64,000 bases of DNA from contig NC_083243.1 in assembly GCF_032191835.1 (NCBI RefSeq), positions 170,252,001-170,316,000 on the forward strand, given 5' to 3'. The translations under genes were made by a program, and so were the position numbers. How positions within the stretch are numbered: the stretch's first letter is position 1; each line of letters begins with the position of its first letter. The notes below the pieces were generated by a model, which had not been told where the DNA came from, did no database searches, and saw nothing but the letters and a program-made list of their open reading frames with translations. This DNA comes from Heteronotia binoei (lineage: Eukaryota). This document shows positions 9,391 to 21,871 of the stretch, piece after piece.

Positions 9391-11199
9391 AAACCCCCCC
9401 CCCCAAAGTGGTTACTGTGTAGGACTAGAATTAGAGAGACCCAAGTTCAAATCCCAGGTTTGCAATGGAAACTTACTGGGTGACCTTGGGTACATCACAC
9501 ACGCTCAGCTTATCCTACTTCACAGGGTTGTTGTAAGGATAAAATAATGGGGTAAGACACTTTGGGAGACAGGCACAACTGAAGTGAGTAAATAATTGGA
9601 GCTATTTTGAGTACTAAAAAATATACTGAGATACTTGCCAAGTTTTGTTCTGACCTAGAAACAGAACATGAACACTAGGAAGAGTGCCAGAAATAAAGCT
9701 GTCAGCTGCAAAATAGCACAGAGAAAAAAACCTATGAAATAAAAGGGTTTTTTTAAAAAATAAAAGAAGTAAAAGAAAAAGCATAGAGTATGTCTCTTTG
9801 TAGTCTTTTCCTGGGTCTTGTAGGAGATGCATGAGCTACTCTGCAGTAGCTGAGCTACCTGTTGGAGACCACTTCCTTATCACCCCTTCTTTATAATGTG
9901 TAAAATGGCCCTCATGAAAGGCAACTAATTGAGAATAGTTCAATGGTTTTAAATGGAGGCAATCTACAAATCTTGAGAAGAATTCAGAATTTGGAGGGCA
10001 AACTGCAGGGGAGCATTTGAGATTTTAGACTGCTCCTGACCTGCAATTGCTTCTGACATAATTTCATTTGGCATACCCAACAGAATATAAAAATCCTATA
10101 TCTTTCCTTCACGCCCTTAAATATCAGCACATAGGAAATAATCACACCTAACATTAAAGTGTTGGTTGAGGGTGATCAGATAGGAGGCGAATATATTCCT
10201 GTATATCATATGCATATAAATATATGTACCCATATAAAGTTGCCTTTTCTGGAGTGTTGTTTTAAACTGTTTTTAACAAGAGCGTTTATTTATTTATTAT
10301 TTAGCTAATTTCTATTCTGCCGTTTCCCATGAAGGGCTCAGGGTGCAGTACAACGTATTAATAGGAACAATAGTAAATCATAATAATAGCTAACCCCCCC
10401 CCCCCAACCATTAACACTATAAAATCCATTCATTTATAAAATCCATTTATAGTAAATTATGCAATTTCAGCAAGACGCAGTTCTGGTGCATTTATGTTGC
10501 ATGCTTGATGGGCAATATCGGATTAAAGATTAGGAAGGACTGTTATAGTGGAAAGAAACTTCAAATCTGCATGTTCATAGCACTGAAATAACAGGAAGTG
10601 GGGTTTCAGTGGAATCTCGGTTTCCCCCTTGTGGTGAAATTTCCATAGTACTCTTAATATAACAGCCGTAATCCGGGCAGTCCTCCTCGGTACTACTGCA
10701 TGCGTGTTGGGTTGATGTACCGCTTTGCTCTTTTTCACGCGGGGGTCCTGCATCACAGCAGGCAAAGCGTGATCGTGCCACTACATGATATGCGCCTTTT
10801 CAGCCCGCCCCCCCCCGAACATGCAATGTTAACACAGGAAGCCCTTTTTCAGCCCCCTTGTGAAGCGCTCTCTCATCTCAACCACCAATTGTTAGTTCGA
10901 CTTTCCGCCCCTTTCACAGGAGCAGACATCTCAGGCGGATTAGAAAACAACCCAGAGAGAGCAGTAGCTAGGTATCCGGGAATACCCTTAAAGAACGTGG
11001 GGGACAGTTTGCCTTTTACCTTTTTTCTGGTTTTGCCTGAGCTAGCTCTGCTCCTCACTTGCCCACCGAAAGTTTAAAGCAGGTGAGCCATAAAGAACCC
11101 ATAAAGTGAACAGCGACTACTGCCAATGTTCTCTTTCAGATAAATACATAAATGAATAAAAGCAAGCCACTGATCCTCCCGCCAAAAGCCACCCTTCGT

Positions 11200-11420
11200 T
11201 CTTATTTGCTGGCGTGAAAGCCAATGGGAAGACTGTTTCTGAGAGCGGGCGAGGGGGCGTGGTCGGCGCGTGCGCACGCTTTTCCCACTCTTTTCCTTCG
11301 TCGCTGAGTCGGCGGCGGCGGCGTGCAGCGCGGCGCGGCGCTTTAGCGGCGAGATAAACGCGCGACGGTGGGCGTCGTGGGGTTGCGGCCAGAGGGCTCG
11401 AGGGAAGTCTTTGTAGCGAA
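11200..11420 (+). promoter_or_regulatory. CpG-island promoter, probably for BTBD18
   Basis: CpG-rich. CCAAT at 11221-11225, GC box GGGGGCGTGG at 11253-11262, NRF1-like GCGCGTGCGCA at 11266-11276, then GGC repeats. It is the nearest CpG island upstream of the BTBD18 exon whose acceptor is at 15163-15164. Confidence 0.65.
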
Positions 11421-12129
11421 AGGGGAGAAGACCCCTACGGGCCTTACAGAGTGAATGGAGAACAGATGGTGGGAAAGAAATTCGTGTCGCCTTTTACTAG
11501 GATGGAGTAGTATCTTCATTAGAGATACAGAAAGGGAATCAGTGGAACTTACGTAATACGGGTGTGGCGCGAGGAGCTTTAATTCTCAGGTCAACTGCTA
11601 ATTTCAGCCTGATATCGACCGTCTAAGGCAGCTAACAAACTTACTATCCTGCGATGTAAAACATGTAGGGGTTGGAATATAAAATTAATTACTGTTGACC
11701 TGGGGGGAGACGGTATGCAAAAGTAAGCCGTTTGCCCTTGGTAGAGTTTCCTGGATGTTTTCCTTCTGATCTTGGTCCTTTGGGGAGAATTTACACTCAG
11801 CGCTTGGGCTGCTGCCTTTATTCTGGCATAGTTAAACATACAGGAATTTTGTCTGTTATCTAGAATAGGGCTTGTATTTGAAAAATGACAATGTAATTGG
11901 GCTGTCCCCTTTAAACACATTTTAGCCACTTTGTTCTCGTAATTTTGCTACCCTTTTGATGCATACTTGTGGGGATTCTGCCTCGTGCTGGAAGGTAGGG
12001 TGGCTCTGTATTAATACAGAATAATGAATTTGTGTTTCTGCAGTGGGGGTTCCAGATGGAAGCATTGAAACAGAGCTTTGCTTTTTTAACAAGTAGGACA
12101 GCTGATTATGTGTGCAATTTAGTAGTTAG

Positions 12130-12700
12130 GAAAAAGTGCAGAAAGGGCAACTGGAATGATTAAAGGGCTGGAACGCTTTCTCTATGAAGAAAGGTTAAAA
12201 TGCTTGGGGCTCTTTAGCTTGGAGAAACGTTGACTGCGGGGTGACATGATTTACAAGATTGTGCTTGGGTTAGAAAAGGCAGAGAAAGAAGTACTTTTCT
12301 TGCTTTCTCACAATACAAGAACTTGTGGGCTTTCAATTAAATTGCTGAGCAGTTGGGTTAGAACTGATTAAAGGAAGTACTTCTTCACCCAAAGGGTGAT
12401 TAACATGTGGAATTCACTACCACAGGAGGTGGTGGCGGCTACAAGCATAGACAGCTTCAAGGGGGGAATGGATAAGCATATGGAGCAGAGGTCCATCAGT
12501 GGGTATTAGCCACAGCTTATTGGTGGAATTTTTTGTTGGGCTGTGATGGCTCTGTATTCTTGTGCTTGGGGAAGGCACAGTGGAAGGGCTTCTAGCTCTT
12601 GATGGCACTTGTTTTTTTTTGGGGGGGGGGGCACTGTGTAACAGAGTGTTGGACTGGATGGGCCATTGGCCTGATCCAACATTGCTTTTCTTATGTTCTT
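12130..12700 (+). mobile_element. CR1 LINE 3' fragment
   Basis: End of ORF2 (GAAAAAGTGCAGAAAGGGCAAC...GAAGAAAGGTTAAAA) through the 3' UTR ending TTATGTTCTT; near-collinear with 57324-58110. Confidence 0.85.
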
Positions 12701-15195
12701 ATCTACTCTTTTCAGATTGCATTTACATATTTTCAGTCCTGGTTTTATTCCAGTAGTAAAATCTACTTTCTCCCCTGTGAGCTTTCTTCATTCTCCAGCT
12801 TTCACAGCCATGGACAGTAATGGGGAATAAAATGGCACGGATTAACTTGATCTCAATCACCAACAATCATCCCTACATTTAAGAATCTTTTCTAGATCTT
12901 TAACAGCTGCCCTTCCCAGGTCTCAGTTTCCTTCAGATTTCTTAGTTGCAGTTTCCCTTTTGGTTGATGATGGAACCAAGGAATAGAAAATATTGAACAA
13001 TTTCAATTACTTCATTGTCAACCTTAAAGTTGTGTAATTAGCCAGTAATTACTTTTGTGTTTTTAATGTTCAGCTGTTATCCTCCTTTGGCACTTAATGC
13101 TTTAACCTTCACCAGTAGCTGTTCCTTCACTATTTTCTGCCAATAATGCAGTGTCATCTGCATGCCTCAGATTGTTAATATTCCTTCTTCCAGTTTGCAC
13201 TCCACCTTCAGCTAAACCACACACACACACACTAATCGGTGTGGATCACTTTATTTCTATAACTGCTATGCAAGATTAGTGTGTACCAGTAAAATCGTAC
13301 TCAGTCTTGTGAAATAATGAAGATTGTATGATGTATTTTTGTATAAGATGCATTTTGCCCCCTTGAATAGCTGACTTCTGCACATAGGCTTTAATGAGAA
13401 GTGTAGTTTCCTCAAAGTGAGAATGCTGTTCTTGAAAAAGACACTTGCTTAGTTGTTTCTCTCTGAGAAGTCTGGTAGCTACTCTGAAACCTGGCAGGAC
13501 CCTTGTTCCCTTAAAAAATTGGGAACAAGCAGTCTACAAACAGACTATCTAGCCTGGGAGCTTGGAGTGCAGGTTTTGTTCAGTAGTTGCTGTGCCATCT
13601 GTCTTATTCTTGTATGTGTTTGTACTTGCAGTGATATGCACCATCTTCCTGCAGTTGGAGGTGATATGCATGCTGACGCAATATACATATTTAACCCTTG
13701 CAAACTCCTCCATGTAGAAGTTGTTCTCGTCATGTCTTCCCTGTAGATCCTAGCCTTGTATAATTTCAGAATGTCAAAAACAAAACATCTCAACTATAGT
13801 AGGACAAATGATAGCCAAGAACCTTCAAAAATGCTATCCGGGATTATTAAGAAACACATTTTCTGACATGCCTGTCTTGGTATCCTGAATATGTGAGCAA
13901 ATTTCCCGGCTGATGTTTGACTGTTTTCTCATGGTACCTAGATACCTATTGGGATGTGAGTCCAGTTTATTGAATTAAAATAGTGTTTTTACTGTTGAGC
14001 TGCAAGGAGGGAATTCTCTGTTTTGGGTGTCATTACAGCTGTGGAAGTGTGATGCTTTGAATGGAAAATATCTGGCAGCTGCAGAAAACTATTAAAGCAC
14101 CAGGCTAAGAGCAGCTTCTCTGGTGCCACTCATCTATTATATTACTATGGAAACTGAGTAGGTTTTTTAAAAAATTTACTTGACTGTCTTGGGGTACCAA
14201 ACTTTGACTCTTTTACTAGAAACTTCCAAACAGCTATTTGATATACTGTTTCTATGTATGCTGTATACTCTTTTTCTGGAGCTTAGAGTGTTTTCTTCAT
14301 TTCTCGTCATATAAACTTTTGATCTTTTGATGATAGGATAGGCTTTAACCAACTCTAACTTGTTAAATTTAATCTGGTGGGGTAGTTTGGTTGTTCTGCT
14401 GACTATATTCTCATAGTTCTGATTTGTGTTTGTTCCAGTTTGAATATACTTCCCCGGCCCGGTGAGTGGCAGGTGTAGAAATCTCTTTCTCAAAATAAAA
14501 TGGCTGTTAAACCCTGAATGATCAACAGAAACACCTGTTTACAATTTAGATAGATATACAATTGCAGTGTGCTTTCCTATGGAATACTGTGGAGTAACAG
14601 GCCTCTGATATAAAGAATTTCCATTACATTCTGTAGTGTTATGATGGTAGACCTCATTGTGCTATGTAGACTGTTTTGGTTTTACAACTTGAATAGTTCA
14701 TTTTTGGCTTTTAAGTCTACCAGTTTTGATTCTATAGCTGACTGTTTTTTTCTACAGTTCTGGTTGTATTCGAGGCAAGATTTCTGTGCCCTTGTCTGAT
14801 ATCAGCTACTTGAATGCTTGAAGTCTGATATGTCTGCGTAGTAAGGGAAGAGCATTAAAACATTTGGAATATTATTACTTGGTTCAGCTGAAAAATACAG
14901 GTACTGCTGGCAAATCACATGGTGGTGTATTTTCTACCATGCCATTCTGTATTTAATTCGCTGAGGTAAAACTAAAATATCGAGGGTCATTAGTACTGTG
15001 GAGGAATACAGGTTAAGAAGGTGTTTTGGCAGTTAGATGAAAGAAAACGTGCATGGATCTTTCTCATTGTCTGCTGGCTGAAGGTTAGAGTTAGTTTGAG
15101 TAAAGCTGTGAAGAGTACTGCTCGTAAAGGATGATAATTAAATTTTTAGCTCTTGTGTTTGCAGAAATTTGGCACCTAACAAAGGTTCTTCTGCC

Positions 15196-18100
15196 ATGGG
15201 CTCTCCAGCTGCAAATCCCAAGATTCTGTATCGGAATTCCCGCCTCCTTCGTATGGTGTTCCTGCAGCTCCATCGGCAACAGAGGGCTGACTTATTTTGT
15301 GATGTTGTCCTGCAAGCAGAAGGTAATTGTCTCGCAACTAATAATAGGGAAAGGGTGCTGCGGGGGGGGGGGGTGGACTTGGTGCCACATCACCTTGACA
15401 ATCTCTGCGCTGGGTCTGTGAATTCTAAGTATTAAGATGTGTGAAAGACTCACAGCTGAAATTTTGATATTGGCTCTTAAAAATGTCAAGTGTTGTTCTA
15501 GTCCTAACTAGTAGCTTGACTGCATAGGTTGCAAAAATATCCCTAATTCATGTTGTTAGAGTTGTGGTTTTCTATAGAAAGTGATGTGTGCCCTTTAGTT
15601 GTGGTTTAGCTCCCAAATTGTTTTCAGTGCCATGGCTTAGCCTTGACACATTTGTATTAAAATTGCCTCTGAGCATTCTCATTACTGAATAAGTACAGTC
15701 TGTACCCAGTCCTCTGGCATTAGTGAGAAGGGCTTGAAAGGCAAAGAGTATAACGTCCATGTTAGCATGAGATGTTACCTCTAATTTTTTACATTATGCT
15801 CTACATGGTTGAAGTGGCTCGAACTTATATAGCTCAGTCTCATCAGATTTGAGAAGCTAAGCAGAGTGTAACTCTACTAGTTCTCCTTAATTTCAACTGA
15901 AGAGAGAGATAAATATGTGTTGAACTCTTCTGTTGAAGTTAGGAGGGAGTTTATTGTTTTTAACTTCTAGGACTGTTACTTTTGTGTGCCTTGACTGTAG
16001 TAATGGGTAGGATATTAATGGAACTTGCTTATTAGGCAAGTGGTGTTTTTGGTTTGTAACATTTCAGAGCCAGTGTGATGTAGTGATCAGAGTGTCAGAT
16101 TAGGAACTTGGAGACCCAGGTTCAGGCCCTACTCTGCTATGGAAACGTGCTGGTTTACCTTGGGCAAATCATTCTTTTGTAGCCTAATCTACCCCATAGG
16201 GTCATTGTGAGGATATAAAGTTGATGTATTGAGATTAATGTAAGCAACTTTGGGTTCATATTGGGGAGAACAGTGGAATATAAATAAATTCCTGCCCCTC
16301 GAAGATACAGGAACACAAACTGGAGTCTTTTTCATAAGCAAAATTTGGTGAAACAAATTGAAGCATATTTCTCTTAGGAAAAAGTGTACCTGTGCAAGTA
16401 TACACATTTAAATAATTTATAGGCCATCCTGTACAGTGGGTTATTTTTATTAGCAGCAGTTTTCTCAGAACTTTGTGGTGGGTATGGGTATAGGGGAGGA
16501 TGGGATTAGTTTAACTTTTAAAGTATATTTTTACAGATGCAGAAAGAGTTATAGGAGCAAGTAATGATACATAACTGAGCTCTGCACCTACGCATGTAAA
16601 ACAAAACTGTCAAATTATAATGTGTTTATATGTAAGGAGGATTAAATGCGGTACAACTTAACGTATAAACAGGAAGGAGTTGCTTGCTGCTTGGAAAAGA
16701 AGTGCCTGCAAAATAGCACTTGAGAAGTCCCAAGGCAATAGTTTATTGGGGGCTGGAGCACCAGAGGGCCAGGTCATGGGGGGGAACAACCTTTGTCAGG
16801 AGAAGTTTTGAAGGTAGCAGTACATCCAGGGTTATTTGCTGACACAGTAGCCACTAATGATGATGTTATTTACAGGAGAGGCTGTTCCTGCACACTGTTG
16901 TATCCTGTCAGCCTGCAGCCCCTTCTTCACAGAGCGTTTGGAGCGTGAGATGCCTCCCAAGGGACATAAGGTTGTGCTGGAGCTCCGGGGACTGAAGATT
17001 GGGCCACTGCGTAAGCTGGTGGATTTCCTCTACACCTCTGAGATGGAAGTGTCCCGGGAAGAAGCCCAGGATGTTCTTGCAGCTGCCCGGCAGCTTCAGG
17101 TGTCGGAGCTAGAATCTCTACAGCTAGAGGGAGGAAAGCTGGTAAAAAAAGCACTGGGCCGGCGTTTGAACCGGGAGTGCCTGCAGTTGTCCAGTCCTGT
17201 GTCCATTCCAGAGGAAAATCTGATGCAGTCTCTTCCTGCCTCTCGTGTTAGGTGTCTGACATCCCACCTACTTGCAAGTAGGCAGCAGACAGCACTGCAG
17301 CATCCATGCACCAAGGAAACAGGGAACAGTAGCAGTGCTAGCCAGAAAGAGACTGTCAAGGAAAAATCGGTCATTAAGAGTGAAGACAAACCAGCAATTA
17401 AGAGTGAAGACAAATACCAGATGCCTGCAGATGCATCAGCTATGGCAGAGTTCCTAACACCCAAAGCTAAAAAGCATAGTGTAGGTGCAGTAAAGGATAT
17501 AATGGGCAATGAGGAAACTGGCAATCTGTCAACAGAACAGGCCAGGCCCAGGGTTAAGCAAGCCATGGCTGGCTTGCAAGAGTCAAAAAAGATCAAGCTG
17601 AGCCGCCCAAAACTCTCGTCACCGCCTTTACCCATGCCATGCACCCCTGAAGACCATGGTGTTATTGTTTCCCATAAAATCTCAAAGTCCACTAGACGCC
17701 TTTGGCGTAAGAAAAGTTCTCCTGTGAAGGATGACACCAAAGAAGCTGAAGTGCTTAGGCATTTGCATGGCTTCCTGAGTCCCTCACTGCTTCCAAAAGC
17801 TACTAAGGGTAGAAAACGCAGCGCCAGTGAGCCAGCTCCGAGCATAAACCATCCCCAAGAGGCTGGTCAGGTTCACCGAGTGAAGCTTAGGAAGGTTATT
17901 AATGGCAGTTGCTGGGAGGTGGTGCAAGAGCCATCTGCTGCACATCCCATAAGAGCAGCAGATTCTGTGCATGTTTTGACAGAGGCCTCCCCACCTCAAC
18001 CCAAATATACAGAGCAAGAGGTAACAGCCACACATCAGCAAGCTAGCTCTACTAAACATCTGCTTGCAAAAGCAGAGAGTTCATCTTTCACTGGGAAGAG

Positions 18101-18911
18101 TCTGGTAGGAAAGGCTGGGAGTGCTGTGACCTTAGCTGACAGAGGCTCATACCAGCTGCTCATGCGAGACCAATTAGCTGAGGGTGAAGGATATGACAGT
18201 CTGGCTTCTACTGGGGAGCTGGAACACATGCTAGATTTGCTTTTGGCCGATGATGATGCTGTTGAGGCGTCCCAAGACACCATTGTTCCAGAGGGCATGC
18301 CTGCCTCAGGCCCTGCACCAAAGACAAGTAACAGTCCATTAGGAAATGCTGGAGCTGAGGGAAAATGCTGGTGCTCTGCAGGAGTGTGTGTTTGTCCACA
18401 GTGGATCAAGGAAGAAAAGAGTCCCCCCCAAGGAGAGGAGGGGTGTGCTGCCTCCAAGATCAGTGAAGGAACTCCTGGTTTGACAAATGGAGTTCCCTTT
18501 CCGGACCCTGTTCATAGTTGCCTTCCACTTTCGACGTATCAATCCAGTAATGATTGCCTTCCGTTATGCAGCCTTACTTCTCCCCAGCAGGAAAGTTTGA
18601 CAGCTCATCACCGGTTGCCTGAGTTGGCAAATGGGGCTACAAGACTTACTGCCCCCTTGCTCAGCCATGAGAACCAAGGGCTTCCATCCTGTGGAGAGGC
18701 TACCTCAAGTGCAGAAACAAAGCCACAACCTCAGGCATTCCTAAGGAATCCCTTGCAGCATCACTTGGACTGTAAGCTGCTTCCCCAGTTAGTCATCTTA
18801 GAAGAGGATGAGATAGATGTTGGTGGGGTAGAGGATTTCTTCCTTAATAATGAATGTGTCCGGCCAGATACCTCTCCAATGTCTGAAAATGAGGTGGATA
18901 TTATGAACTAG
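15196..18911 (+). CDS. BTBD18: BTB/POZ domain-containing protein 18; 2 coding exons, 720 aa
   Basis: Exons 15196-15322 (MGSPAANPKILYRNSRLLRMVFLQLHRQQRADLFCDVVLQAE) and 16876-18911 (GEAVPAHCCILSACSPFFTERLERE...LESLQLEGGKLVKK) are joined in frame by a GT-AG intron. The N-terminus matches human BTBD18 as recalled; synteny with SELENOH agrees. Confidence 0.93.
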
Positions 18912-19440
18912 TGAGGGCAGGACTGGGGACAAGCAGATGCCTTGGGTCTGCGTTAATGTGTGGTGTCTCTCAGCATTAACACTTAAGTTCTGTGGCAAGT
19001 TGCAATAGGCATATGATTAACAACCATGCATAGTGTTTAGGTACTAGTTTAGATTCTAACAAAGATATGCTGAAAAGAAAGCTCCCTCTGAAATGTGGAG
19101 GGGAGGAGCTGGTCAGGAATAACACCATCTCTCAGCACTCCTTATATGTAAAAACAGTCCAGCAGGCTTTCTGGGAATCTGCTAGGTGGCGTCTGTCAGG
19201 GGAAGTGGTCAATTGGAGGATAGGGCTGAGATAGCAGCCAAATTTAAGTGTTAGATTCCTTGCATCAGTTGGTGGACTACCACGACCATTGTGACTATAC
19301 TCTTTTCCTGCACTGGTACCTGAGGCTGTCCTTTGATACATTTTGCCACAGCTGCTGCTTTGGCTGTGCTTGTAGCAGATCTAAAGTATTTCAAGTAGGG
19401 AGCTGCTCATCTGGAAATGTTACCCCCCTCCCCCACAATA

Positions 19441-19445
<5 letters not shown>

Positions 19446-19500
<55 letters not shown>
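19446..19500. repeat. (TA)n microsatellite
   Basis: About 27 TA units, read directly. Confidence 0.95.
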
Positions 19501-19502
<2 letters not shown>

Positions 19503-20170
19503 CCCTATCAGGGTACTTATTCTCTTCTATAGTAGCCAGTAGCAGCAGTATAGTCTGTTTATTTAGAGTTGTCTTTATCCTTTTCCATCATGCCTAGAGC
19601 TATGATGGTCTACTGTAACCCAAGGTCCTTGGTTTTCCTGTATTACAGGCAGAAGTATTCACTGCTAACTATATGAGTATTGGACAGCTGTCTTATTTTA
19701 AATCATAGGCTGATCCAATAAGCTATTAATTAGCCCTTCTGCTGGTTTTCCATATTTTGTCTAGAGAAGGCACACCAGAGGTTGAGTGTTAAATTCCTTT
19801 TTTTTTTCATTGAAACCATCTCCCTTGTGTTTACAGCTTCTTCAGAGAGAGGTGTACTCAAGTGCAGTGACCCATCTCCATGATCCTGTACCAAATGCTA
19901 AAGCTCTCAATGTATGGATCTAAGAACATTCTGAAGAGCACATGGCACAAAGAATGGAATAAATGTTGAGTTGTAGTTTGTTCAAAATAAAATGAATAGT
20001 AGTCTTTCTTTTACAGTTTAACTGGAGTTTAAGAGCCAAACTACATGACAGACAGCAGTGATTAGGCCCTACAAGATGTAATTTAACTGCAAAAAATAAA
20101 CTGGTGGATTCACTGAAAACGATTGATCCAATAAATTACATGTTTGGTAACACTGCAGAACCCCCACAAG

Positions 20171-20352
20171 CAGTGTTCCCTCTAAGCTGAGTTAGTGTGA
20201 GCTAGCTCAGTCTTTTGGTCTCCAGCTCACACTTCTTTGTCTTAGCGCAGGAAAAATGGCCTCGGAGCAAACTAAAGCTCACAACTTTAATGCCAGTGGC
20301 TCACAAAGTAGAATTTTTGCTGACAAAACTCCGCAGCTTAGAAGAAGCATTG
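20171..20352. mobile_element. hAT-type MITE, CAGTGTTCCCTCTAAG family
   Basis: TIR-like ends; 8-bp TSD CCCACAAG/CCCACAAA; homologous to 27520-27716 and 52545-52739. Confidence 0.8.
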
Positions 20353-20524
20353 CCCACAAACGTGGACCAGTGCCACTCACTGCCAAAACTTTGCAACACT
20401 GAACAGAATTAAACAAGAAGAATCAAGTATTACAAAGTTGACCATTTATTGAAAATGTTTCAAGTTATTTCAGATAAAGCAAAACGATTTCAAAGTGGGA
20501 AGACAGGAAACATTTTATTTGGAG

Positions 20525-20604
20525 GAAGAGCAGCAACTTCAGAGAAATGACTGAGGTTTTGCAGTTTACCTCACTTGGTCATATCCCATCATAAATGCTC
20601 CAAC
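20525..20604 (-). other. SECIS element of SELENOH (cis-acting RNA hairpin in the 3' UTR)
   Basis: Minus strand: GGAGCATTT-ATGAT-GGGATATGAC-CAAGT-GAGGT-AAACTGCAAA-ACCTC-A-GTCATTTCTC-TGAA-GTTGCTGCTCTT. It has the AUGA/GA core (20592-20589; 20541-20538), helix II, an unpaired AA and an apical mini-stem. AATAAA follows at 20519-20514 and 20450-20445. Confidence 0.85.
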
Positions 20605-21120
20605 TCACAAGGGATGAACAATTCAGCTGATACCCTGTGGGAATAAAATGGTCATTAGCAGAGAGCTTGTTTCCGAGATAAACAGCTAACACACCTCACC
20701 TACCTGATGCCAAGCACCTGCTTGCCTGTGTTCAGTACACATGGATAAATTAACAGGATGGCAGAAGACCAAGAAAGGTACTGTATATAGTCAGGTGCAC
20801 TTCTCTTGGGAGGGTAATTCAGAATTGAGATGCTGCTCTGGATTTCAGATGGGATTCCCAGGCAACCTACCTCACAAGATGCATAGAACTTGCAAGGTAC
20901 AGTAAAGGATAGAAGAGTAGTTCTTCAGCAGCTTCTCTCTCCTCCATCCCCCACCCACCAAGAATCAGGGACTGCTACAAGCAAGGTGTAAGATTATGAC
21001 TATAGGTTGTAATAAGTGTTGGCTGAAGTTACAAAACCCACATCAATGGGTTAATTATGCTCATACTCAAGATCCAATTAATTGCAACACCGAGGTTACA
21101 AAATAAATGTTCCTCTAGAG

Positions 21121-21400
21121 CAGGAGTGGCCAAACTTGCTTAATGCAAGAGCCACATAATAAACATCAGACGTTTGAGAGCAGCAAAGCATGGACATCAG
21201 ACGTTTGAGAGCCAGAAGGAAAATAGCTTGGGAATAGTGGAAAGAAAGCAACTTTAAATGTGTTCTTCAAGCTGGCTTGGAGAGGTGATTTAAAGACAAA
21301 TGCGTTCCCAAGCCAGCCCAGGGGAGGTGGGGGGCTTCAAGAGCCACACAATGTGTGTGAAAGAACCACACGGCTCCTAATCGCAGTTTGGCCACCACTG
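21121..21400. mobile_element. hAT-type MITE
   Basis: Ends CAGGAGTGGCCAAACT / AGTTTGGCCACCACTG; perfect TSD CTCTAGAG at 21113-21120 and 21401-21408. Confidence 0.88.
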
Positions 21401-21871
21401 CTCTAGAGTAACATAACTAGTCTCTGAGATTCAATATATGTGACAATCTAGCCTGAGCCATTTACTGACCCTCTTGCAAGTCATTGGTGGCACACTACAC
21501 TCTTGATCACACAAGCCAATATGTAGTGGGCTATAGGATGGAAGGCCCATTCTTGGGTGAATTAGCAATGGGGTTTCTACTTGAGATATGGAGTAATTAC
21601 TCTCCTACACCATATCTGCTTTATGCAACTCCCAAGACTGCTTTGAGGAAGAATGGTAATAACAAGCAGAACATGAAGCCTGGTCTATGTATTGGCCCCA
21701 TTTCCTGCTGCGGTTAAGTAGTAAGAACCTGAAGTGGCAATGTATATTCAGAGTTAGTACAGAGCAGCTGCATCAGTGGCTCAGACCAGTCTAGTAGGTT
21801 TTTTTTTAACTAGCAAATCTCATAACAAACCACTTGCTTATATCAATTTACCTTTAGCAATCCTGTCCAGT

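Noticed and set aside
14176-14493. 105-aa minus-strand ORF in the BTBD18 upstream intron
   Set aside because: No motif I can recognise; possibly a decayed LINE fragment, but unsupported.
16857-16875. MMMLFTG start of the 684-aa ORF
   Set aside because: Intronic: the acceptor TTTACAG ends at 16875, and the BTB N-terminus comes from the exon at 15196-15322.
17096-17845. 249-aa antisense ORF in BTBD18 exon 2
   Set aside because: Shadow ORF on the opposite strand of a long coding exon; no independent support.
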